The notes beneath the pieces were generated by a model, which made no database searches, was not told the DNA's origin, and worked only from the letters and a program-made list of their open reading frames with translations. Positions 54,284-62,349 of a DNA stretch of 64,000 bases are shown here, one piece after another. A program made the translations under genes and the position numbers. Source of the stretch: Lachnospiraceae bacterium (lineage in GTDB: Bacteria; Bacillota; Clostridia; Lachnospirales; Lachnospiraceae); the NCBI GenBank assembly GCA_017612555.1, contig JAGAFR010000051.1, positions 31,233 to 95,232 on the forward strand. Reading direction: 5' to 3'. How positions within the stretch are numbered: the stretch's first letter is position 1; each line of letters starts with the position of its first letter.

Positions 54284-55041
54284 ACCTTTTTCCCCGCAAA
54301 AAAATCTGCCAGCTTCTGTAACAATTCTTCTCTTTGTATCGTCTTTAAAAAGTACCCTTCAGGCTTAAGTGCAACAACCGCCATGACGCTCTCCTTGTCA
54401 CTTTTTCCGGTAAGGAAGATGACGGGTATCGACTTGGTCTCCTCATCGCTTCTAAGCATCTCAAGAACCTGCGGACCTGTAGTCACAGGCATCTCATGAT
54501 CAAGGAGTATCAGATCGACCTTGTTCTTGCCAAGCCACTTGATGGCCTGAAGTCCCGAATTGGCCATGGCAACTTTGTACGTCCCCTTAAGCCAGTCTCT
54601 TACAAGATTGAGATAACTCGGATCGTCATCCACGATAAGCACACTCTTTCTGAACTCTCCCGCTTCGACTTTCTTGTATAGTTCGGTAACGGTATTAACA
54701 TATTCCTCGTTATCTATAGGTCTTGTGAATGACTTGTAGATCATATCAGCAGGAATACGATCCCATATGTAAACAATGTCTTCCTTGTCTCCGATCGGGA
54801 TCATCAGTGCTCCGCTTTCAGCCATCTTGTCGCGCAGGAAGTGGACCACTCTTTCACTGATCTTATCACCGTCGCCCATGAAGACCGTGACGAGTCCCAC
54901 ACCGTCCCATTTTGAATTTATGTCGTCTATCGACCACGGGCAAAAGAAACTGTCAATGCCCGCGTCCAATATCTTCTTGACAAGCACGCGCACCAGGAAT
55001 GTTTCCTTTTCACCTATGACCATTATCCTGTTATCCGACAT
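54280..55041 (-). CDS. Response regulator without output domain (degenerate N-terminal receiver-like domain + canonical REC)
   Basis: 253 aa. C-terminal REC: VLIVDDDPSYLNL...DLILLDHEMPVTTG...IFLTGKSD. The N-terminal ~120 aa is receiver-like (IMVIGEKETFLVRV) but lacks clear acidic-pocket residues. No HTH. Confidence 0.8.
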   Translation of the reverse strand: MSDNRIMVIGEKETFLVRVLVKKILDAGIDSFFCPWSIDDINSKWDGVGLVTVFMGDGDKISERVVHFLRDKMAESGALMIPIGDKEDIVYIWDRIPADMIYKSFTRPIDNEEYVNTVTELYKKVEAGEFRKSVLIVDDDPSYLNLVRDWLKGTYKVAMANSGLQAIKWLGKNKVDLILLDHEMPVTTGPQVLEMLRSDEETKSIPVIFLTGKSDKESVMAVVALKPEGYFLKTIQREELLQKLADFFAGKKV

Positions 55042-55043
55042 AC

Positions 55044-58000
55044 CTACTCCTTAATGATTTTTTCAAGTTCATCCCATTGAAAGCTTTTAAGCATCCTGCC
55101 GATCTTTCCAATCTTCTCTGCATCAGCGTCGGGAAGCTTGTATTCTTCAAGACCGGCAAGTATCATCTCGACCGCATCGTAATCCATGTTCGGGATTACC
55201 TCCGCAAGTGCTGCATATGCATCGGCAAGCTCGTCCTCAGGGATCATCGGCCTGTCATCAGAGCCGCCCTGCTCGCGTATCTTCGAAAGCTCACCTGAAA
55301 ATGCGCGAAGATCACTTAACATCCTGTCCGTATTTTCATCGATAAATCCCATGTCATCTTTGTTGCCGGCATCTTCAAGCTTCTGACACAGTTCGGACAG
55401 TTGCGAAGCTCCTATGATGCGCGCGCTGCTCTTTAAGGCATGGACTTTTACCGTGTATAGTTTTATGTCTTTTTCATGATATGCATCTTCGATGACTTTT
55501 GCATTCCCGTCAATAGTATCATAAAACAGCTCGATTGACGAAATAAAAGTTTCGATCCCGCCGGAATTTTTGATTCCGTCGTCGACAGATATGCCGCGAA
55601 CCCCGTACAGCCACTTCTTATCCTCAGGGAATACTTCCTGCACAGGCGCCTCTTTCGGCGCTGTCTTCATGACGATGTTCTCGGGAAGGTGTTTGAGGAT
55701 CGTATTTTCAAGGGTATAACTGTCGATGGGTTTTGCAAGATACCCGTTGAAGCCCTTGGATATGTAAAAATCCTCTCCCGCGGTCGAGTTGGCGGTAAGC
55801 GCATATACCGGAAGGTCGGGATTTTTCTCGCGGATACGCGCAAGTGTTTCAACACCGTCCATTCCGGGCATCATATGGTCAAGGAGCACTACATTGTAGT
55901 TTCCGTATTTGATCTTCTCAAGACACTCCTCGCCGCTGTCGGCCGTTGTCACGAACATCTTTGTGGACTTGAGGAGTCCCTTTATTACGGAAAGGTTCAT
56001 CGGATTGTCGTCCACAACGAGTATCTCCGCCTCGGGAGCAACAAACTGCGGAACGTACGGTCCCTTCATACTGTTGTCATCTTCTTCGACAAACTCACCG
56101 AGTTCCTTCCTGTCAACGATCTTCTGACTGAATGTGAAGATGAACTCCGATCCCTCGCCGTACTTACTCTCGCACGTTAATGTGCCGCCCATAAGTTCGG
56201 CAAATCTCCTTGATATGTCAAGCCCCAGCCCGGTGCCCTGGATGCCGCTGTTCTTCTCTTCATCCAGGCGCTCATATGCCGTGAACAGCTTGTCCATATC
56301 CTCCGGCTTGATACCGATACCCGAATCCTTTACGGAAAATCTCAGGCGGCAGCTTTCTTCCGTTTTTTCTTCAACGGTTACCGTCAGTGCAAACCCGCCT
56401 GTCTCGGTGTATTTGACGGCATTGGTCAGAAGATTTAGGACAACCTGCTTGATCTTTCCGTCATCACCGTAAAGCCTTACGGGGAGTGTTTTGTCTATGT
56501 CAACGTCAAAGGCAAGATCCTTCTCCCTGCCCCTTACACGTATCATCGCTACTATAGCCCTGAGCATCTCCGCAACGTCATAATTTCTCTCGACAAGATG
56601 CATCTTGCCCGACTCGATCTTCGACATGTCGAGAAGATCGTTGATAAGTCCGAGAAGCGCTTCCGACGCACGTCTTATATCGAGCGCGTAGTTTACGACG
56701 GACATAAAATATCCCTTAGGAACATCGGTCGCATCCTCACGGAGTATCATCTCATCCATGCCCATGATGGTGTTTATGGGGGTTCTGATCTCATGCGACA
56801 TATTGGCAAGGAACCGGGTCTTGGCCATGTTGGCGCGATCCGCCTCATCCTTTGCAAGCCTTATCTGCTCATACTGCCTGCGGATGACCGTACCCGTCAG
56901 GATACGCCATACGATAAGGCCCGCAAGTGCGGCCAGGAATGCAACGAACAGAACACGTACCGCCATGAGTTCATATATCTGCGGCTTTTTTGTGATCTTG
57001 TATGAATCGTCCTGGATAAGAGATCCCGTAGAATCATCGAGTATCTGTATGTGAAGAACGTAATCGCCGTATTTAAGATTCGTGTATTCGAGCGTCGTCA
57101 GGTTACTCTGGCGTGCGGTGATACCTCCGTCATCGTTACCCTCAAGAAACGCATGGATAGTCGGGTTTGTCATCGTGTAGTTGAGTATCGCGGGAGTGAT
57201 CTGGATACGTCCGGCATTTGCGGGTATCGTATATCTGCCGCTCCCGTCCGCATAGATCTGCCCTTCGCTGCATGTGATCGAACGTATTCCTGTCCTGATC
57301 GCCGATGACTGATCAAAATAATTGTTGATGTTTACCTTGGAGACTCCGTTCCTGCATGACATATACAGGTCCCCGTTATCATCAAGTTCGCTGAAGGAAT
57401 TGGCGGTAACGGCGCCCTGAAGTCCGTTTGCGATCGTATAAAGCTTGTAATCGGACACGGCGTCATCAAGAAGCGACTGCGCCTTCATCACGAACACACC
57501 GTATGACGACAGGACCCATATGTTATCGTCATCCGCAAAGTATATGTCAAAGTTGTTGTTGTACGGGAAACTGCTGACACTGTGTATCCTGCCGTCCTTC
57601 ATATACTCGATAGAGTTGGATGTGATGATCCAGTATACACCCCTTGCTTCGTCCTTTTTGATACGAAGTATGACATCGCTCGTAAGGCCGTCGCTGCGCC
57701 CGAGCCTGTATGTACTTTTCTTTCCTATCACGTATATTCCGTCGCCGTCCGTTCCGGCATAGATATCACCGCCGTCACCTTCCTCAACAGTGAGGAAAAA
57801 AGTATTGACTATCACGTCGGACGCCGCTGCTGTCCTGATGACTTTACGGTCCTTTACAACATCAAGTCCTTCATTGGTACCTACAAGAACGGATCCGTCG
57901 GAAGCAATACGGCAGCATCTTATCTGATCGCTCGTCATACCACTGTCCGTGGTGAGGTTCATGATCTTCTCATCGGCTGTATAGCATACGAGTCCGAGAT

Positions 58001-59246
58001 CGTTCGTGTATGCGGCTATCCAGAGGTCATCATTGTTATCCCTTGTGATACACCGGATCCTCGTTCCTTCAAGGTATTTGGTAAGTTCATTCTCTACAGG
58101 TGTTGTCCCCTTCAGTATCTGAAGTCCGTTGTCGGTTCCGATGTACAACAGACCGTCACGAAGGCATGTGCTGTTGACAACGCTTTCCTGCAGATGCGCT
58201 TCCTGTGTCAGGTTACGGAAGTTGTTCGTCACGATCTTCATGACACCCTGTCTTGACGATGCAACCCAGAGGTTGCCCTGGTAGTCTTCCGTCAGCATGT
58301 ATATGGAACTGTCCATCGGAAGATTTTCAAGAACGTGGTAACTACGGTGCTCATCAAGATAGCCTACGCATTCCTCGGAGCATATCCAGATCCTTCCGCA
58401 TGCTTCGCTGATCCAGTATATATTCGAAATAGGAGCGACGCTTATCTCTTCCATGGAAGAGATCTTTTTCCCGAATTCACCGTAATATACAATGTCCTCT
58501 GCCGTTCCTATGTACACCCTGTCATCATAGCTTGGATCAGGGTATATGGCTGTTACCTGCCTGAGTCCCAGTTCACCGTATTCATGGAATTCCAGTTGTC
58601 CGTCAGCGATGGAAAAAATATCTCCGTCCTCGGTATTTCCGTATATACGTCCGTCCAATGATGAAACAAGATGTTCAATCGTCTTGTTCCGAAGATGCTC
58701 GTCTTCAAATACACGTATCGTGCCGTCATTCTCATAGCGGCATATGCCTTTGGTGGATCCAATGTATATGACCCCCGCGCCGTCTTCGGCAAATGCACGT
58801 ATCGAGGCCGACGTGAGGCCGTTTGCATCGGTAAGGTGGGTGGTTTGCATCCCGTCTATCATGACAACACCGTTATCATTTGTTCCTACCCATATCCTGT
58901 GACCCCTGTCTTCGAAGATCACTCGCCCGCTTGTAAGGCCTTCCGACGAGTCCATTCGCTCGAATGAAGATCCGTCATACTTAATGACACCCGCATAACC
59001 TCCTATCCAGATGCAGCCGTCACTTGCCGCGAGTATCCAGTTGGCATCCGATGTGGGAAGTCCGTTTGTCGCATCGTAGATTTTGGCAGTATAACTGACA
59101 TCGGCCACCTGACCTGAAGCCGCGTAGCCGCCGCCTGTCAGGTAGGAAGCGCTACCATGGTCGTTCGTATCGGCGTGGACCGTAACTGCTCCCATGCATA
59201 ATAAGGCTGCTAAACATATCAGCATTCTGATCTTCATTCTCATCAT
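55044..59246 (-). CDS. Giant hybrid sensor histidine kinase: signal peptide, Reg_prop beta-propeller repeats + Y_Y_Y domain, TM, HisKA, HATPase, REC, Hpt
   Basis: 1400 aa. Repeated propeller motifs (DGCIWIGGYAGVIKYDG, GHRIWVGTNDNGVVMIDG, NLWVASSRQGVMK...). YGDYVLHIQILD (Y_Y_Y-like). TM LMAVRVLFVAFLAALAGLIVW. H-box TRFLANMSHEIRTPINTI, DSGIGI, GTGLGL. REC: ILVVDDNPMNL...NVVLLDHMMPGMDG. Hpt: VKVHALKSSARIIGA. Confidence 0.85.
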   Translation of the reverse strand: MMRMKIRMLICLAALLCMGAVTVHADTNDHGSASYLTGGGYAASGQVADVSYTAKIYDATNGLPTSDANWILAASDGCIWIGGYAGVIKYDGSSFERMDSSEGLTSGRVIFEDRGHRIWVGTNDNGVVMIDGMQTTHLTDANGLTSASIRAFAEDGAGVIYIGSTKGICRYENDGTIRVFEDEHLRNKTIEHLVSSLDGRIYGNTEDGDIFSIADGQLEFHEYGELGLRQVTAIYPDPSYDDRVYIGTAEDIVYYGEFGKKISSMEEISVAPISNIYWISEACGRIWICSEECVGYLDEHRSYHVLENLPMDSSIYMLTEDYQGNLWVASSRQGVMKIVTNNFRNLTQEAHLQESVVNSTCLRDGLLYIGTDNGLQILKGTTPVENELTKYLEGTRIRCITRDNNDDLWIAAYTNDLGLVCYTADEKIMNLTTDSGMTSDQIRCCRIASDGSVLVGTNEGLDVVKDRKVIRTAAASDVIVNTFFLTVEEGDGGDIYAGTDGDGIYVIGKKSTYRLGRSDGLTSDVILRIKKDEARGVYWIITSNSIEYMKDGRIHSVSSFPYNNNFDIYFADDDNIWVLSSYGVFVMKAQSLLDDAVSDYKLYTIANGLQGAVTANSFSELDDNGDLYMSCRNGVSKVNINNYFDQSSAIRTGIRSITCSEGQIYADGSGRYTIPANAGRIQITPAILNYTMTNPTIHAFLEGNDDGGITARQSNLTTLEYTNLKYGDYVLHIQILDDSTGSLIQDDSYKITKKPQIYELMAVRVLFVAFLAALAGLIVWRILTGTVIRRQYEQIRLAKDEADRANMAKTRFLANMSHEIRTPINTIMGMDEMILREDATDVPKGYFMSVVNYALDIRRASEALLGLINDLLDMSKIESGKMHLVERNYDVAEMLRAIVAMIRVRGREKDLAFDVDIDKTLPVRLYGDDGKIKQVVLNLLTNAVKYTETGGFALTVTVEEKTEESCRLRFSVKDSGIGIKPEDMDKLFTAYERLDEEKNSGIQGTGLGLDISRRFAELMGGTLTCESKYGEGSEFIFTFSQKIVDRKELGEFVEEDDNSMKGPYVPQFVAPEAEILVVDDNPMNLSVIKGLLKSTKMFVTTADSGEECLEKIKYGNYNVVLLDHMMPGMDGVETLARIREKNPDLPVYALTANSTAGEDFYISKGFNGYLAKPIDSYTLENTILKHLPENIVMKTAPKEAPVQEVFPEDKKWLYGVRGISVDDGIKNSGGIETFISSIELFYDTIDGNAKVIEDAYHEKDIKLYTVKVHALKSSARIIGASQLSELCQKLEDAGNKDDMGFIDENTDRMLSDLRAFSGELSKIREQGGSDDRPMIPEDELADAYAALAEVIPNMDYDAVEMILAGLEEYKLPDADAEKIGKIGRMLKSFQWDELEKIIKE

Positions 59247-61396
59247 GTCTCCTGATATTTTCGAAGTACCTTCTTGACTTCCGGAAGGTTGTCCATAAAT
59301 ACTTCAACACACTTGGGATCAAACTGTGTCCCTGCTCCTTCTTCTATGATGGAAAGAGCCTTGTCGAGAGGAAATGCCGGCTTATATACACGCGGTGAGG
59401 CAAGCGCATCGAATACATCGGCTATCGCCATGACACGCGCGGACAACGGGATGACCTCGCCCGCAAGGCCTTCCGGATAACCTTTGCCGTCCCATCTCTC
59501 ATGGTGGTATGCAGCCATGTTCCTTGCTTCCTTCAGATAGCTCTCACCCTGTACGGTACTGATCGCTTTTTCCATTATGTTCATGCCGGCCGTTGTATGT
59601 GTTTTCATGATCGTATATTCTTCGTCGGTTAGCTTGCCCGGCTTGTTGAGCACCGCATCGGGTATATTGATCTTGCCGACATCATGAAGCGGCGCCGACA
59701 TCTCCACATCAAGCATGTATTTATCCGTGAGCTTGTCGGCGTAGTATCCTTTTTTCTTCAGTCCCTCCAGTATTATCTTTACATAAGCGGATGTCTTCTG
59801 AACGTGTGCTCCGGTATCCGAGTCGCGATTTTCGACCATGTCCGCCATCGTTACGATAAGACCGTTCTGCATCCTCGTCATGGAATCGGCATAATGTCTG
59901 ATGTCGCGCATCTGGTCTGCCATATCCGCCGCCATCTTGCATATGACCTGATAGAGATCTTCTATCTCATCCCCGGTATGTACTCCGATGCCTCGTATCT
60001 CCCTTACTCTTTTATCAAGTGTTTCCTGATCCTCGTTGTCTTCTATAAGGTTTCCCGTATATGTTGCAATGGCTTTGACCGGGTATATCAGGTCGTACTT
60101 GGCCACCCAGAATCCGTATCCGAGTATGACGGCAAGGAAGCCGAGGAACACGAGCAGTATCTGCGTAAAGAACGATCTTGCATAGTCCTCCACATATGTC
60201 ATGGAAACGTCTGCACCTGCGTAGGCAACGCACCTTCCGGATGAATCAAATATCGGCTCATAAGCCGTGATGAAAAATCCGTATTTATCATCGTTTATTA
60301 TCGGTTCTATCGTCTCGCCCGCAAGAAGCGACGGTATATACTCCGAAAAAGCTTCTTCGAACTCGAGGAGGCTTCCGATGCTGACCTTTGCATCAGGTCC
60401 CGAGACATCCGGGTCCGTATCAAATACTATGTGGCATCCGTCCTCGCGTATCTGGTATACATACAGGTACACAAGTCCCGGAGAACTGTTCTGGAACGAT
60501 CTGAGCGTTTCAAGGTTCTTTCTGTATTCACGGTCGGGATATTCCGACAGATACTGACCGCTTCGGATATATGAATCCACGTTGTCTCCGTTGACGCTTG
60601 CAGCCGCAAACTGAGCGGCCTTGACCGCCTTTTCCGTATATTCGGTTTTGAGGTTTCTGAAGTAAAGAGATATGCCCGTAAAAGCCATGACGACTGCCAT
60701 TGATACGGCAGCAAAGACAACAAGCCAGGTAAGTCTCATGTTAAGTGAGATACGTTTCCCTTTTTGGGTATTGTATCTTCTGATATCCTCATCGGAAAGA
60801 GGTCTCTGCTTCCATCCGCTGTCCTTAACAAGCCGGCTGACATCCTCCGGCACGAAGCGTATAGCAATAAAAGCAAGCCCGCCCGATATGACTTTATCAA
60901 CAAGGTTCAATCCGATATTGATGATGGTAGAGCAGGTGAACGATCCAAGCCCCGTGTTTGCCGATAAGATCTCAGCGGTTCTTGCTACATCCGCAAACTG
61001 AGGTCCGCCGATAAGCATCCACTGGAAGATCATCCCCAGCACACCGCTCACAAGCGTGATGGCTGCAAAAAACAGGACTATCATCTTCCTGCCGCCGGAC
61101 TTTTCCTTTCCGGCAAACCAGGCTGTCAGCATCGCTATCAGCACACCTATGAGCGTATAATACAGCGCATATGAATTGAAGAACACGCAGAGCAGGTTTG
61201 TTGCTATCGCAGTCAGCATCGCAGGGAACATTCCGCCAAACAGTGCGATGAATATCGTTCCCGCCGTATCAAGGTACAGCGGCAGTCCGATCTTATCAGC
61301 CGCAAAAGAAAGCATCACATTGAAAACCGCAGCGATCAATATGGATACTGTTCTGTATACCGTCCCCTTATCGTTTTTCCAAATACTCTTTTTCAT
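59243..61396 (-). CDS. Membrane HD-GYP phosphodiesterase with polytopic N-terminal module and Cache-like extracellular domain
   Basis: Start probably ATG 61396 (MKKSIWKNDKG) or 61405. ~6 TM N-terminal module. Cache-like domain (VYLYVYQIREDGCHIVFDTD, YGFFITAYEPIFDSSGRCVAYAGADVS). HD-GYP motifs HDVGKINIPDAVLNKPGKLT and HHERWDGKGYPEGL. Confidence 0.85.
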   Translation of the reverse strand: MKKSIWKNDKGTVYRTVSILIAAVFNVMLSFAADKIGLPLYLDTAGTIFIALFGGMFPAMLTAIATNLLCVFFNSYALYYTLIGVLIAMLTAWFAGKEKSGGRKMIVLFFAAITLVSGVLGMIFQWMLIGGPQFADVARTAEILSANTGLGSFTCSTIINIGLNLVDKVISGGLAFIAIRFVPEDVSRLVKDSGWKQRPLSDEDIRRYNTQKGKRISLNMRLTWLVVFAAVSMAVVMAFTGISLYFRNLKTEYTEKAVKAAQFAAASVNGDNVDSYIRSGQYLSEYPDREYRKNLETLRSFQNSSPGLVYLYVYQIREDGCHIVFDTDPDVSGPDAKVSIGSLLEFEEAFSEYIPSLLAGETIEPIINDDKYGFFITAYEPIFDSSGRCVAYAGADVSMTYVEDYARSFFTQILLVFLGFLAVILGYGFWVAKYDLIYPVKAIATYTGNLIEDNEDQETLDKRVREIRGIGVHTGDEIEDLYQVICKMAADMADQMRDIRHYADSMTRMQNGLIVTMADMVENRDSDTGAHVQKTSAYVKIILEGLKKKGYYADKLTDKYMLDVEMSAPLHDVGKINIPDAVLNKPGKLTDEEYTIMKTHTTAGMNIMEKAISTVQGESYLKEARNMAAYHHERWDGKGYPEGLAGEVIPLSARVMAIADVFDALASPRVYKPAFPLDKALSIIEEGAGTQFDPKCVEVFMDNLPEVKKVLRKYQET

Positions 61397-62339
61397 ACGA
61401 GTCATCAACACTCTCTGTGATGTCATAATCCTTACGCAGTATCTTGTTGTCATTCAAAAATCTGATAGTATCATTAAGCGCAGTGATATCTTCCTGCGTA
61501 ATCTCAACCGTATACCTGAACTTGGGTATCATCTGCTCCATCTGTTCTTCGGTAACATTCAATTCCGCCGCTACAAGCGAAGCCGTGGCATCATCGAGAT
61601 CTGAAAGCTCATTGGCTGCCCTTTTGTACTGAGCCAGTATCTGCGTGATGATTTCCGGATTGGCAGCGGCATATTCATTTCTTGCCACTATCCCGTTCGT
61701 ACCCGCAAGTCCGCACTCGGAGCCGGATGCGAGGATACGAACGCTTCCGTCCGAAGTGATCCTTGTAACATTCGGTTCCCAGATGGACACTGCATCAGCC
61801 TGCCCTCCGAACAGAACAGAGGCGGCATCACCGGTTGATATGTTCACAAGGTCTACGTCATCCATCGACAGACCGGCTGTTTGAAGATATTTCTCCACCA
61901 TGTTATGCGCAGTCGATCCGAACGTTGTAGCTATACTCTTCCCCTTAAGATCCTCAGCAGATGATATCGGCGAATCGGTCGGAACAAGTATTGCATACGA
62001 ATCAGCCGCCTGAGCAGCTATGGCAACAAGACTCACATCATTGCCCGGGGCACACACATTCGCAACCGGAACATCACCGATAACTCCTACATCGGAATCC
62101 CCGGCTAAAAGAGACTCATTCATCGGCGGACCCGACTCAAAAGACTCCCATTTCACGGTTACTCCCATGGGCTCAAGAGCTTCTTCTATCCATCCCTTTT
62201 CCTTTGCCACATAGAGCGGGATAAATGCAGCACTTGGCTGGATCGCTATATGGACCTCCTTTGCCGAGCGCGCAGAAGCCGCGCAACCCGACAGCACCAT
62301 GGCAAGACATATTATTAAGGCAGAAACTGTCTTCTTCAT
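61368..62339 (-). CDS. Lipoprotein, NMT1/SsuA-like periplasmic solute-binding protein (no cognate ABC permease or ATPase nearby)
   Basis: 323 aa. Lipobox LSGCAAS. The pattern HIAIQPSAAFIPLYVAKEKGW...VKWESFESGPPMNESLLAGDSDVGVIGDVP resembles the type-2 SBP NMT1/THI5/SsuA family. Confidence 0.65.
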   Translation of the reverse strand: MKKTVSALIICLAMVLSGCAASARSAKEVHIAIQPSAAFIPLYVAKEKGWIEEALEPMGVTVKWESFESGPPMNESLLAGDSDVGVIGDVPVANVCAPGNDVSLVAIAAQAADSYAILVPTDSPISSAEDLKGKSIATTFGSTAHNMVEKYLQTAGLSMDDVDLVNISTGDAASVLFGGQADAVSIWEPNVTRITSDGSVRILASGSECGLAGTNGIVARNEYAAANPEIITQILAQYKRAANELSDLDDATASLVAAELNVTEEQMEQMIPKFRYTVEITQEDITALNDTIRFLNDNKILRKDYDITESVDDSYEKEYLEKR

Positions 62340-62349
62340 TATCGTCCTT

